Program-made: the position numbers and the translations under genes | Part shown: in pieces, positions 48,921-59,791 of the stretch | Layout: each line of letters starts with the position of its first letter | Numbering within the stretch: position 1 is the stretch's first letter | Notes under the pieces: model-generated | Told to the model about the DNA's origin: nothing | Seen by the model: the letters and a program-made list of their open reading frames with translations, nothing else | The model's database searches: none | From: a bacterium | GTDB lineage: Bacteria > UBA8248 | Length of the DNA: 64,000 bases | Assembly: GCA_965200245.1 (NCBI GenBank) | Contig: CBDATS010000005.1 | Span: 672,001 to 736,000, forward strand | Direction of reading: 5' to 3'

Positions 48921-50333
48921 CTATATTCCCAGACGTTTTTTTTCGGCCCGAATCTGGGACCGCACACTTCTCCTGGAAGCGCCGCCAGCACTGCCCCTCG
49001 AAAGCAGGGATTTCGCCAAATCCGTTTCCGCCAAGTCATCCAGGTTAAGATGGGAGTCAGCCTCTTCCAAATCCTTTGCTCCCAACTCCCCGAGCGCCAT
49101 CCCCTTTTCGATGGCGATTCGCACGGCGCGGCCCGCCGCCTCGTGGGCCTGGCGGAAGGGAACCCCCCGCCGCACCATGGCGTCGGCCAAATCGGTTGCA
49201 GTCATGTACCCACCCTCTGCGGCCCGGGCCATCGCTTCCGGCCTGAATCGAACGGATTCGACCATAGGCGCCATGACCTCCAAGGAGGCCAAAAGGGAAT
49301 CCGCGGCGTCGAACAGGGATTCCTTGTCCTCCTGCATATCCCGGTTATAGGTGAGCGGCAGCCCTTTCATCAAGGTGAGCAGGGCCATGAAATCGCCAAC
49401 TACGCGTCCACTCTTGGCCCGGACGATCTCGGCTACGTCGGGATTTTTCTTTTGCGGCATGAGCGAGCTTCCCGTTGCGAACGAGTCCGCAAGCTCTACA
49501 AAACCGAACTCTCCACTCGCCCAGAGGACGATCTCCTCCCCGAGCCTGCTCAAGTGCATCATCGAAATTGAGGCGGCGGATGCGAACTCGAGCGCGAAAT
49601 CCCTATCGCTCACAGCGTCCATGCTGTTCTCGGCGACAGAATCGAACCCGAGTCGTTTTGCCACCATTTTTCTGTCTATGGGGTGGCTCGTGCCCGCAAG
49701 CGCGCCCGCACCCAGCGGCAGGACGTTAACGCGGGAGCGCGTTTCGGTGAAACGCTCCCCGTCGCGCCTGAACATCTGGGAATACGCGAGCAAGTGATGT
49801 GCCAGCGAGACGGGCTGCGCGCGCTGCAAATGCGTGTAGCCGGGCATCACGGTATCGACGTGCGCTTCGGCCTGCTCCAACAGTGCACGCCTTAGCGCCA
49901 AAAGCGCCTCTCCTGTCTCGTCGATGCGGCTTCTGAGCCACAGCCTGAGCGAGGTGGCCACTTGATCGTTTCGACTCCGGGCGGTGTGCAATCTGCCGCC
50001 GACTGAGCCGATGCGCTTCGTGAGTGCCGCCTCGACGTTCATGTGCACATCTTCGAGTTCAGTCCGGAACTCGAACTTGCCCGTCTCCACTTCACTCAGA
50101 ATAGCCTTTAAGCCGGCGACGATGGCGCTGGCGTCTTTTTTCGTAATGATCCCCCGTGCACCAAGCATCTCCGCGTGCGCGATAGAAGCAAGGACATCAT
50201 ACGGCGCCAAGCGGTAGTCGAACGAAACGCTTTCAGTAAAGGCCTCCACGCGCGCGTCCGTCCTTCCCCGGAACCTCCCGCCCCAAGGTTTATGGGTCTT
50301 CGTCTTCTGAGACTTTGCTTCTCTCCTTGGCAT
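48921..50333 (-). CDS. argH: Argininosuccinate lyase
   Basis: WGGRF, HTARSRNDQ, PGYTHLQRAQP, GSSLMPQKKNPD, YNRDMQEDK. Confidence 0.97.
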   Translation of the reverse strand: MPRREAKSQKTKTHKPWGGRFRGRTDARVEAFTESVSFDYRLAPYDVLASIAHAEMLGARGIITKKDASAIVAGLKAILSEVETGKFEFRTELEDVHMNVEAALTKRIGSVGGRLHTARSRNDQVATSLRLWLRSRIDETGEALLALRRALLEQAEAHVDTVMPGYTHLQRAQPVSLAHHLLAYSQMFRRDGERFTETRSRVNVLPLGAGALAGTSHPIDRKMVAKRLGFDSVAENSMDAVSDRDFALEFASAASISMMHLSRLGEEIVLWASGEFGFVELADSFATGSSLMPQKKNPDVAEIVRAKSGRVVGDFMALLTLMKGLPLTYNRDMQEDKESLFDAADSLLASLEVMAPMVESVRFRPEAMARAAEGGYMTATDLADAMVRRGVPFRQAHEAAGRAVRIAIEKGMALGELGAKDLEEADSHLNLDDLAETDLAKSLLSRGSAGGASRRSVRSQIRAEKKRLGI

Positions 50334-51292
50334 CCTGGATTTCCTAACACAAATTCAACCCTTGGCGCATAACCCTTTTGGAGTCATTCCACCCAGTGTG
50401 TCAACCAATACCAACCCGTCCGTCACCGAGTAAATTTTTCCGATGAGAAAAGAAACGCGGAAACACCAGCAACAGCAAACACATCCGGTTTTGCCGGATA
50501 AATGGACAAAAGCGGATATCGCCAGAACATGGCTGGTAACAGAATCGTCAAACGGAGGTGCTGCGTGCGCCTGACATGCCCTGTATATGCGTTTCGTGAT
50601 CGAATCACAATCAATCATGGCCTTACGCGTCGCCTGGTTTAATTCCGAGACAATATGAAATCCAGGCTTCCGATGGATGAAATACAAGGAGGATTTTGAA
50701 CCCAACTCGTTGAGCATCTTCTTCACATTATCGATAAAGGCAAAGTTCTTGGTCCGTTCTCGGGGATCAGTATTACAACTCTTGCGACTAGTCGCAGAGG
50801 GCATCAAACTACGGAGACAGAGATTATACTAGTGGACAACCTCGTTGCGAGAACGGTCACCGTCGCCAAGGACGTCCACACCCGACGTTTTGTCGACGTA
50901 TTCACCGCATTTCTGGAACACCCGGCAAAAGACGCTCTCAAAATAGGGTATGCGTAATCACAACAGAGTACAATGCACACCGAAAAGTCTCCGCTCAATT
51001 TGAAGCATTACAAAGTGACTCCGGGCCGAGGGTATATTAATGGAATGTTCCACTACACACTTCGAACCTTGGATACATAATGATTGGTTTTTCAAACGCA
51101 CAATTCCGAGAATTTATGTGCATGAGGACACACAGAGAACTGCTTACAAGGCAACAGGCGATGAGGGCACCCAAGGGGCATGAAAATCAAGGAGGACCGC
51201 CCGGGTCGCTTGCGGGCACGTGCTGCATCTTCTAGGATGCGGTTCATACAGCCATTTTTCGAACCTTTCGGCCGATTTTTGGGAAAACGCAT

Positions 51293-52564
51293 TTGGATCA
51301 ACAACATCGCCTCTTCTCACCGAAACAATGGATTTTCATCGTCTCCGCTTTCGTTCTCTTGGGGCTTTTCTCAGGTCTCAATTTTCTCTTCGGCGTATTC
51401 CTGAACCCTTTGATAGATGAATTCGCCTGGAACCGATCGACGGCTTCTGCGGCGTATTCCATCAACATGGTCATGATTGCGTGCTGTTCGATGATTGCGG
51501 GCGGCTTTTCCGATAAATTCGGTACGAGACCCGTGCTGCTCATCGGAATTTTCATTGTCGGCGTTGCATTGCTCCTTTCATTCTTCATCCAGAACCTCTG
51601 GCACTACTTCCTGTTCACCGGCGTGATGGCAGGTCTCGGACGCGCTGCCATCGCAACGCCTGTGCAGGCCTTCATACAACGTAACCTCACCAGAAACCGG
51701 GGGCTTGCGACCGGACTGGCCGGTTCGGGTGCGGGTCTCGGCATTCTGGTCTTGGCGCCCCTCACCGGCTACTTCGTGAGCACGCACGGGTGGAGAAACT
51801 CCTACCTCTACCTGGGAATTCTCTTTTTCGTCGTCGCCATTCCGGCGGCCATCTCCCTGGTACCGCGAACACCGAAAAGCGGCGAGAACCCTCGGCCCCA
51901 GGAAAAACAGGAAGAGGCCGACCCGATTCTTCCCGAAGCGACCATGGGAATGCGGGAGATTCTCAAACGCAGACCCTTTTGGATGATCATCTCAAGCCAC
52001 GCCACCGACTGTATCTGCCATTCGGTGCTCATCGTTCACCTGGTGCCCATTGCTATCGAGGCAGGCATATCCCACGTACAGGCGGCAAGCCTCGTGGGCG
52101 TGATGGGACTGGGAACGCTAATCGGACGAATCAGCCTGGGCCTGCTCGCTGACCGCATCGGTGCCAAATGGGCGCTGTTCACCACCCTGGTGACACAGAC
52201 ATTACCGGTGCCCTTCCTGCTGTGGACAGATTCTCCACTCGTTTTCTACGTCATCGCCCTGATGGTCGGCACAGGCATGGGAGGTCACGGGACGATGTAT
52301 CCCGTTGTCACGCGCGAATACTACGGCCCCAGAAGAGTGGGATTTTTGTTCGGTGCGTTCATCACGGGCGCCAGTTCGGGGATGGCCACAGGCGGGTTCA
52401 TGGGCGGGCTGCTGCACGACATGACGGGCGATTACACGCTCTCCATCTTGCTCAGCTTCGCGGCTGGGGTCGCATCACTTCTGTTCGTACTCTCCTATCC
52501 CTCAAGAAAAAGTCTGCGCAGAAAAAAAGACATGGCGCACACTGTCGCTCAACCTGCAGGATAA
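51293..52564 (+). CDS. MFS transporter (OFA/MCT-like)
   Basis: 12 TM, FSDKFGTR, RGLATG, LADRIG motifs. Confidence 0.9.
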   Translation: MDQQHRLFSPKQWIFIVSAFVLLGLFSGLNFLFGVFLNPLIDEFAWNRSTASAAYSINMVMIACCSMIAGGFSDKFGTRPVLLIGIFIVGVALLLSFFIQNLWHYFLFTGVMAGLGRAAIATPVQAFIQRNLTRNRGLATGLAGSGAGLGILVLAPLTGYFVSTHGWRNSYLYLGILFFVVAIPAAISLVPRTPKSGENPRPQEKQEEADPILPEATMGMREILKRRPFWMIISSHATDCICHSVLIVHLVPIAIEAGISHVQAASLVGVMGLGTLIGRISLGLLADRIGAKWALFTTLVTQTLPVPFLLWTDSPLVFYVIALMVGTGMGGHGTMYPVVTREYYGPRRVGFLFGAFITGASSGMATGGFMGGLLHDMTGDYTLSILLSFAAGVASLLFVLSYPSRKSLRRKKDMAHTVAQPAG

Positions 52565-52768
52565 ACAGAATTCGCGAACCGTCTCGATGATGTCGAATCG
52601 ATAACGGTTGGACGACCTCGAACCAAAAGGAGTTCCAGGTCGCTTGAATTGGGAAGAGCAACTCTCTCCCCATAAAAACACTTTCCCCTTGAGTATTGAG
52701 CATCCTGAAGATGAGATGCCAAACACACAAGGGGGAAAAAATTCCTGCGCCTTTCGTTTCTTTTCCTC

Positions 52769-54538
52769 CTACTTCTCCGGTATCACGGGTAGCATGACAT
52801 AAGACGCAAACTCGGGTCCGCAGTGGAGCGTCACGTTTTTCCCGAAAATCTCCTCGGGCCTGTCCGTTGGGTCATCGTGCAAGAAAGGCCCGCAACCCCT
52901 GAAGACATTCTTCATGTTCGAGAGCTTGTGCGTGGTGACGCAACTGTATTCGTAGTCCTTGCCGCGCACACTGAGCGCGAGCCTGTAGCCGGGCGGTACC
53001 ACGATGCAGGTGGGCCAGACCTCGATGTCGAGTTCGTATATCTCGCCTGGGGTGAGGTATTGCTTCTCATCGTGCGCCTGGTAGGGCTTCCATTCCGTCG
53101 AGAGTTCGGGGACGAGCTTTCTGTGAGAGGCTCTCAGCCAGCCCTGCGCGATGGGCGTGTTCGGATCGAGCGTGCCCTGGAAAGTGATCTCCTTCATGTC
53201 GGGCGTGAACAGGCGCACCACGAGAAACAAGTCGGCATCCTTCGTTTCGGATGAGACGAAAAGTTTCGACGCGATGGGACCGGTGATTTCCGTCTCTTGC
53301 TCGAAGGGCGGCAGCATGAAAGTCACGCCGTCGCTGAACCCTCCGTAAGTGATGGTCTGCGCATCGGCGATGGGCGCGGTGTCGAGGCTCATATGGACTG
53401 GGTTGAGATAAAACTTCGTCCACTGCGTTCTAGCGAGGGGCCATTCGTTCTCGCCTCGTTCGACGAATTTCTCGCCCACGTGGCGCACCTTGAGCATGAC
53501 GGGTGGCTTCTCCATCCAGCCAGTGTCCCCGCCCTTGAGATAGTGGCCGAAAAACTGCTTCTGGAGTTTCTCCCCGTATGGGGTGTAGAACTCCGTCCAG
53601 TGCTCGAGACCATGGACTTCCAGCCACTTTTCCGTAGATGCCGCGCGCATGAAACCCTCGTAGTTCCCCCTGGGATGGAGACCCTGCCCGCCCCAACTCG
53701 CCGCCGAGATGAAGGGCGTCTTTATCTTCTCCCAGTGAGCAGATCGGTCCCGGTACCACTCGCCGTCCAGCGGACGTTCGAGAACGTCGCCGCCGAAGTC
53801 CGATCGATTCTTTGCGAGTTCTTCCTCGCTCAGGGTGTCGGGGCCGCAGACCAGACCACCGTGTACGCGGCTTTTGGGGCCGTTTTCACCCAGACCGTGC
53901 TGCACGGATTTCACCTGCATGTCGCACCAGTTTGTCAGGAACGTGGTGAGGATGCCTCCCTGGTGACTCATGTCGCGGTAGAAGTCCGCCGCACCCTCCC
54001 AGATGCACATGGCTTCGAGGTGCTTGGGCTGGAGACCCGCGACATGCCACTGGTTGATGGCGTAGTACGATATGCCCGTGAGGCCCACCTTGCCGTTGCA
54101 CCAAGGCTGCTTGCCAGCCCATTCAACACAGATGGCGAAGTCTTTCGCCTCGCGCATGGAGAAGTGGTCGATGTAGCCCGGCGAGCGGCCCGCTCCGCGC
54201 GAGTCCACGCGGATGCAGATGTAGCCGTCGGGCACCCATTTCTCGGGATCCACGACCTCCCAACTCTGGTGGATGTTCGAAGAACCCGCGACTGCGTCGG
54301 GATGCCCCTCGGAGAAAATCTCCCACACCGTTTCGTAGCCATCCTGCCAGGCCAAGTCTTTCGCGTATGGGCCGTAGCTCAGGATGACGGGGTATTTTCC
54401 GGCGTCATCGGGCCGGTAGACGTTCGCCCGCAGCACCAAACCGTCCTCCATCTGGATGGGAACGTCCCATTCGATGAGAAAACCGTGCCGTTTTTCGGTT
54501 CGGTATTGCGGATCCGTGCTCAGGTCGATATCACTCAT
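52769..54538 (-). CDS. CocE/NonD family hydrolase
   Basis: PYAK, DSRGAGRSPG, GISYY nucleophile, ENEWPL, PepX_C-like C-terminus. Confidence 0.92.
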   Translation of the reverse strand: MSDIDLSTDPQYRTEKRHGFLIEWDVPIQMEDGLVLRANVYRPDDAGKYPVILSYGPYAKDLAWQDGYETVWEIFSEGHPDAVAGSSNIHQSWEVVDPEKWVPDGYICIRVDSRGAGRSPGYIDHFSMREAKDFAICVEWAGKQPWCNGKVGLTGISYYAINQWHVAGLQPKHLEAMCIWEGAADFYRDMSHQGGILTTFLTNWCDMQVKSVQHGLGENGPKSRVHGGLVCGPDTLSEEELAKNRSDFGGDVLERPLDGEWYRDRSAHWEKIKTPFISAASWGGQGLHPRGNYEGFMRAASTEKWLEVHGLEHWTEFYTPYGEKLQKQFFGHYLKGGDTGWMEKPPVMLKVRHVGEKFVERGENEWPLARTQWTKFYLNPVHMSLDTAPIADAQTITYGGFSDGVTFMLPPFEQETEITGPIASKLFVSSETKDADLFLVVRLFTPDMKEITFQGTLDPNTPIAQGWLRASHRKLVPELSTEWKPYQAHDEKQYLTPGEIYELDIEVWPTCIVVPPGYRLALSVRGKDYEYSCVTTHKLSNMKNVFRGCGPFLHDDPTDRPEEIFGKNVTLHCGPEFASYVMLPVIPEK

Positions 54539-54578
54539 TTTCACCTCATCTCGCAAATGGGAAATTTTATATTCTGCG

Positions 54579-56333
54579 TTATTTCTCAGGAATTATGGGC
54601 AGCATCACGTAGGCCCCTTGCTCCCCGCCGCAATGGAGCGTCACGTTCCTGCCGAACACTTCGGCCGGCCTGTCCTTGGGGTCGTTATGAATGAAGCAAC
54701 CGCAGCCCGTGAATTCGTTTTTCATGTTGGACAGGCCGCCGCCCGATCCGCCGGGATATCCATAGTCTTTGCCGCGCACCGTGAAGGCAATGCGGTAGCC
54801 GGGCGGAATCACGATGCAGGTGGGCCAGATTTCGATGTCGAGTTCATATATCTCACCTGGCGTCAGGGGCTGTTCCTCATCATGCGTGTGATACGGCCTG
54901 TAGGGCAGGGTCTTTTCGGGGTCGATTTTCCGGTGCGAGGCTCTCAGCCAGCCCTGCGCGATGGGTGTGTGCGGATCGAGCGCACCCTGAAATACGACTT
55001 CCTCCATGTTCGGGGTGAAGACGCGTACCACGAGGAACATGTCCGCGTCCTTGACCTCGGACGACACAAAGAGCTTGGCCGCGATGGGACCGGTGACTTC
55101 TGTTTCTTCCGCAATCGGCGGTGTGGTGAAGGTGACACCGTCGCTGAAACCTGCATAGGTGGTCGTGGCCGCCTCTTCAACGGGAGCGCCTTCGAGCGAG
55201 TGGTTCTTGGCGTTGAGATAAAATTTCGTCCACCGAGTCCTAGCCAGGGGCCATTCATTCTCGTGCCGCTCAACGAAGCGTTCGCCCGGATGGCGAACCT
55301 GCAGCAGCACGCGGGGATGATCCGGCCAGCCGGTGTCCTCGCCCTTCAGGTAATGGCCAAAAAACTTCTTCTGCATATTGACGCCATAGTCGGTATAGAA
55401 CTCCGTCCAGTGCTCGATGCCGTGGACCTCAAGCCATTTCTCTTCGCAACCCGTTTCGAGAAATCCTTCGAAGTTTCCGCGCGGATGAAGACCCTGCCCG
55501 CCCCAATTGGCGGAGGAGAGTAGAGGTACTTGTATTTTGCTGAAGTCCGGCATTCTCGATTGCCAGAATTCGTCGGTGTCCAGCTTGTGGGAGAAGCAGT
55601 CCTCGCCGAAATCGTTTCGGTTTGCGCCGAGTTCTTCTTCTGTCAAGGTCGGGGGGCCGGAGACCCAGTCGCCCGTGAAACGGCTCTTGAATCCGCGCTT
55701 GCCACGTCCATGCTGGACGCTGTAGACCTGCATCTCGGGCCAGTTGCGCGCGAAGCCGTTGCAGAAGATGCCGCCGTGGTGGGCCATTTCGCGATAGAAA
55801 TCAGCCGCGCCCTCCCAAATGCACATGGCGGCGAGATGCGGCGGCCGCATGCCTCCCACCTGCCACTGGTTCATGCCGTAATACGAGATGCCGTTCAGCC
55901 CGATCTTGCCAGTACTCCAGGGCTGCACGGCTGCCCATTCGATGCACTGGTAGAAATCTTGCGCCTCGCGTGCCGACCAGATGTCGATGACGCCCGGCGA
56001 ACGGCCCGCGCCACGCGAGTCCACGCGGATGCAGACGTAGCCGTCGGGCACCCATTTCTCGGGGTCCACGACTTCCCAGTTCTGATACTTGTTGGTGGAA
56101 CCTGCGGGCACGTCGGGGTGTTCTTCGACCATGCGCGTCCAGCAGGTCTCATAGAGATCCTCGAAATGGAGGTATTTCCCATAGGGGCCATACGTCATGA
56201 TGACCGGGTATTTCCCCTCATCGTCCCGGGGGCGATAGACATCGCACCGCAGGACAACACCGTCTTCCATGGGAATGGGCACGTCCCAGTCGATACGCAT
56301 TCCGTCCCTGTCTTCGGTCTTGTAATCGCTCAT
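54579..56333 (-). CDS. CocE/NonD family hydrolase (paralog)
   Basis: PYGK, DSRGAGRSPG, GISYY, ENEWPL; highly similar to the adjacent gene. Confidence 0.92.
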   Translation of the reverse strand: MSDYKTEDRDGMRIDWDVPIPMEDGVVLRCDVYRPRDDEGKYPVIMTYGPYGKYLHFEDLYETCWTRMVEEHPDVPAGSTNKYQNWEVVDPEKWVPDGYVCIRVDSRGAGRSPGVIDIWSAREAQDFYQCIEWAAVQPWSTGKIGLNGISYYGMNQWQVGGMRPPHLAAMCIWEGAADFYREMAHHGGIFCNGFARNWPEMQVYSVQHGRGKRGFKSRFTGDWVSGPPTLTEEELGANRNDFGEDCFSHKLDTDEFWQSRMPDFSKIQVPLLSSANWGGQGLHPRGNFEGFLETGCEEKWLEVHGIEHWTEFYTDYGVNMQKKFFGHYLKGEDTGWPDHPRVLLQVRHPGERFVERHENEWPLARTRWTKFYLNAKNHSLEGAPVEEAATTTYAGFSDGVTFTTPPIAEETEVTGPIAAKLFVSSEVKDADMFLVVRVFTPNMEEVVFQGALDPHTPIAQGWLRASHRKIDPEKTLPYRPYHTHDEEQPLTPGEIYELDIEIWPTCIVIPPGYRIAFTVRGKDYGYPGGSGGGLSNMKNEFTGCGCFIHNDPKDRPAEVFGRNVTLHCGGEQGAYVMLPIIPEK

Positions 56334-56650
56334 TCGGCTTTTCTCCTCGGTTCAACGAAGATATTTGAATGCGGGCGGCGCGGTTGGCCACCGTGGAAAT
56401 TTGGTTGTCGGTTCGGTGAACGCCGCAATTATAGCGGCCTTGCGCTCCGTGATCCAGATGAGAGAGGAATTTCAGGTGATTCTTCATCGGGGGTAAATCG
56501 GTGCTTTTGCGGTGGAAGCGCGATTCCTGAGCCTAGTGGCCACAGGTACGGTTCACGAACCGCCCTTATGGGAATGCAGATAGCCGTGATTCCGGGATAC
56601 GTTAGAACCACGATGTCGCTTTCCATCCCAAATCGTTGGGAGAAGTCCTC

Positions 56651-57682
56651 TCAGATCGTGCGATACGCCTGCGTAATGGCACGGCTCGATGTGTTCCAGC
56701 CGGGTATGACGAGGCAGGAGGGGCCGGGAATTCCCCCTGCGACGATCAGGAGAATGTCTTCGGGTTCGTGCACCATCGGGGCGAGAGAATCGTCGTCATC
56801 GTGATCCACCCACTCCGGCCAGCGCGAGAGTTCACGCCCCCGGTAGCGTCCACCTTTTTTCAAGACACCTACGGGCATTCTCGCACGCTCGAAGAGCTCA
56901 CGCTTCACGTCCGCACGGCTCAGGCCCCCCCTCGTCAGGATTTCGGCGTGATCGGGCGCGATGACAACCACCCAGTTCGTTTGCGTGTAGGCCGTCGTGG
57001 AACCCATGGTGCACATGGTATTCGAAATCGTGGTGAGGACACCTTCGGGCTTGGCACTCACGTCGTCCATCGCCAGGCGGGGGGCTTCGGCATTGCAGAC
57101 GGTGAGGACGTCAGCATCCCGCCCGAAGCCGAAATCGATCGGCATCGGCTCCCAAGGGCTTTGCTCCTCGTTCTCGCGGACGCAGTAGGTGAACTTGGAG
57201 GGACTACCGAATGTGCTCATATCCGAGACGCCAGGAATGCCGCCACCCAGGTTCATCATGATCAGTCTTATCGCCCGGCCGATGGTGGCGTTCGCGCGAA
57301 AGCCCGGGCCGAAACAACCTGATCCCCCATGAATGCCGATCTCCCGTGCGTAAGGGCCGTTCAGAATCAAGAGAGGCCCTCCGGTGAACATGGTAGCCTG
57401 GATGCCCACGAGGTTGAAACGCTCGATAAGCATAGCTTCGATGGCTCCCAACACTACGGGCAAGTATTCAGGCTTGCAGCCCGCCATCAGGGAGTGCAAG
57501 GCGACACTCTCCACCGTCGCCGTGTTGAGCGAGGGCGGAATGTCACCCAGCACCTCGCCCGGATCTCGGCCTGCGCCGCTCAGCATCCAAGCAAGGCGCT
57601 CGTGCGTGGGCGTCACAACGGGTAGTCCGTCCGACCAAGGCATATCGAAGAAATATTCGAATGGGTCCTGCGTTTCGTTCAT
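56651..57682 (-). CDS. Uncharacterised conserved protein of the family often found beside UGSC/CGGC (seleno)proteins
   Basis: WSDGLPVVTPT, MAGCKPEY, FGPGFRANATIGRAI, ENEEQSPW. Confidence 0.7.
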   Translation of the reverse strand: MNETQDPFEYFFDMPWSDGLPVVTPTHERLAWMLSGAGRDPGEVLGDIPPSLNTATVESVALHSLMAGCKPEYLPVVLGAIEAMLIERFNLVGIQATMFTGGPLLILNGPYAREIGIHGGSGCFGPGFRANATIGRAIRLIMMNLGGGIPGVSDMSTFGSPSKFTYCVRENEEQSPWEPMPIDFGFGRDADVLTVCNAEAPRLAMDDVSAKPEGVLTTISNTMCTMGSTTAYTQTNWVVVIAPDHAEILTRGGLSRADVKRELFERARMPVGVLKKGGRYRGRELSRWPEWVDHDDDDSLAPMVHEPEDILLIVAGGIPGPSCLVIPGWNTSSRAITQAYRTI

Positions 57683-57691
57683 TGCATGTCC

Positions 57692-58585
57692 TTAGAGGGT
57701 GAGGTTGTAGAACTTTACTGCGTTTTCGAACGACACCTTGCGGATCGCCTCATCAGAGAGACCCGCGTTCCGCATGGCGCGCAGCGTCTTGGGAATCGAG
57801 AGAATGTCTATAGGCCTATATCCCAGATGGTCTGAGTTCAGCATAATCCTGTCCGGTCCGAACCTTTCCACCCATTCGATGACCTGAGCAGGCTGTAAGG
57901 GCCTGAGCGCGCTGCCGATACTGATGGCGCACATGGCGCGCGAGTGCTCGTGGATGTGCTCGACCGTCGTGGCGTCGGTGTGATCAACTGCGACCTTGGC
58001 TTCATCGAAACCTGTTTTCCGGATGATTTCCAGGTCTTTCTGCATGTAGTGGAGTCGGATCTGCTCGGGCGGCACGTCCGCCTGCACAGCGACATTTCCG
58101 AGAAAATCCTTGCTCTTCTTGGGCGTCGGCGTATGCAGGATGATGGGTTTATCGTATTTTTTCGCGAGTTCTGCCTGCACTTCGAGGCATGCGGCTTGTT
58201 CTTCCATCGGCCAGGTAAGGGAGAAATACTGCGTGGGGTCGAGGCCAATCTCGCCCAGGGCGACGACGTTTTCGTCTTCCAGGAAACCGGGAATCTCCTC
58301 CAGCAGTTTTTCCCAGTCGTTCACTCGCGTCATCGAACTGATACCGACCGCGCAGCGAATCTGGATGAAGTGCTGCGCCTCCAGTGCCCGGACCATTTCT
58401 ATTGGCCCTTCCCAGAAACGCATGATGTCGTCGTAACCCGGCGCCTCCTGCCACACCTCTCGGTAGAGGTGAGGGTTGCCGCAGGAGAGCACGGCCGCAC
58501 GCATGCCCGTCGTGCCGAGCAACTCCCACTCGTCCCAGTTCAAGGCGTGCATGTGGTTGTGGCTGTCGATGTATTCGTCGAACAC
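57692..58585 (-). CDS. TatD-related amidohydrolase
   Basis: IDSHNH, GEIGLD, ILHTP, VDH, LNSD, ENA. Confidence 0.8.
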   Translation of the reverse strand: MFDEYIDSHNHMHALNWDEWELLGTTGMRAAVLSCGNPHLYREVWQEAPGYDDIMRFWEGPIEMVRALEAQHFIQIRCAVGISSMTRVNDWEKLLEEIPGFLEDENVVALGEIGLDPTQYFSLTWPMEEQAACLEVQAELAKKYDKPIILHTPTPKKSKDFLGNVAVQADVPPEQIRLHYMQKDLEIIRKTGFDEAKVAVDHTDATTVEHIHEHSRAMCAISIGSALRPLQPAQVIEWVERFGPDRIMLNSDHLGYRPIDILSIPKTLRAMRNAGLSDEAIRKVSFENAVKFYNLTL

Positions 58586-59279
58586 CGGAATCTCTCCGCT
58601 CGCTGAATGGTTTGAGACTCAACCTATCTGCGTGGACACCGGGGGTCAAGGGGGAATTCTCCATCGGGTGGACTGGAGGAGGTTCTCGCCGATCCATGAG
58701 GTCGGCCTGCTTCGGCGCGGAAAACCGCCTTGCGCGGCCTGGTTCATATGTCGGTTGGTAGTTGCGGGTTTCGCTTCCATTTCATCGGTGCGCCGGTTTT
58801 TTCATCCGGCGCTTTCTTGTAGTGAGTGACTAAATGTTTCGAATGCTTAAATTCGCCGCGTAGCTGGTGCCATCGCTTCTCAACGCTCCCGGCGGATGAA
58901 TGCACGAGACCCAGTTCTGTCTTCCCTTTCAACGCATCCCCTATCTTTATCGTGCGCCCGGCAACACGCGGAAGGCGAGCGGTGCCTGTGCCAAGCGTTA
59001 CACCCTCCATCACCCTTGCGCGACTATAGTCAATGCATGATCATTTCAATGGGACACAACCCCAAATTCCGCTGATGGTCGATCCTGATATCGGAAAGTC
59101 ATGTAACCGTAAGTTCTTTCGAAACTTCTTAGATAATTTGGAATTTTGGAGACTCGCGAGAAACAAGAGTATCTTCCTTATGACCCTAGCACAATGAACG
59201 GAGTGTTAGATGTATATACAGGGAAGAAAAGTACCGTATCCAGAAAATAGGGATTTATATACAAAAGTCTGCACAGGTA

Positions 59280-59447
59280 CTACATTTTCTTCAATTCCCA
59301 CCTTTCCATATTGCCTTCCAGCTTCCATTTCTGATCCAGTTCTTCGCGCGAAGGCGTACGCTTTTCCAGATTCTCTTTCCGAACTTCGCGTAGCAGAATA
59401 TGCTTTACCGCATCTTCAAATTGCTGTTTTGTAATTTCTTCATTCAT
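59280..59447 (-). CDS. Small 55-aa protein (not in ORF track)
   Basis: MNEEITKQQFEDAVKHILLREVRKENLEKRTPSREELDQKWKLEGNMERWELKKM; ends 10 nt from the left IR. Confidence 0.55.
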   Translation of the reverse strand: MNEEITKQQFEDAVKHILLREVRKENLEKRTPSREELDQKWKLEGNMERWELKKM

Positions 59448-59573
59448 TTTTGGATATCCCCTGTTCTTGAGGGAACTTGCCGTATAAATAAGTAGAGGAT
59501 TAGTAAATCTTGGTTTTATTCCAAAAGGAGTTTTGGAGTAAGATCAGAGAGGGATGTAAAGGAGACCAATATC

Positions 59574-59762
59574 ATGAGTGAATCAGAAAAGGTCGAGTAC
59601 CAAGTAGTCGATGGAATCAAGTATACGTTTGTTAATGGTGAGAGAAAGTATCAATATGAAGATAATTATGACACAGTAAAGATTAGAGTGGGTCTTGAAG
59701 GCGATGAACTTGAGAAATTCGAGAAACACTTGAAAGGGAACAATGGGAACCCGAGGGGCTGA
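59574..59762 (+). CDS. Hypothetical; probable N-terminal part of the downstream repeat protein (frameshifted)
   Basis: AAGGAG SD + ATG; downstream frame is open from 59714 and overlaps. Confidence 0.55.
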   Translation: MSESEKVEYQVVDGIKYTFVNGERKYQYEDNYDTVKIRVGLEGDELEKFEKHLKGNNGNPRG

Positions 59763-59791
59763 CCGGCGACCCACGCTCACCTGATGTCGAG

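Noticed and set aside
52769-56333. Near-duplicate DNA as possible DGR template/variable repeat or assembly artefact
   Set aside because: Both are full-length intact paralogs diverged throughout, not adenine-specifically; no reverse transcriptase in the window
56336-56650. Searched for a UGSC-type selenoprotein downstream of the 343-aa gene
   Set aside because: No frame with a recognisable UGSC/CGSC motif
53297-56804. Long + strand ORFs (465, 355, 424 aa) and similar antisense ORFs throughout the window
   Set aside because: Shadow frames of GC-rich real genes; no recognisable motifs
58744-59013. 89-aa ORF with faint resemblance to an IS1595 transposase C-terminus (VHS..SVEKRW..L.....SKHL)
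   Set aside because: Similarity too weak to call by eye and it lies outside the IR pair; needs an HMM search
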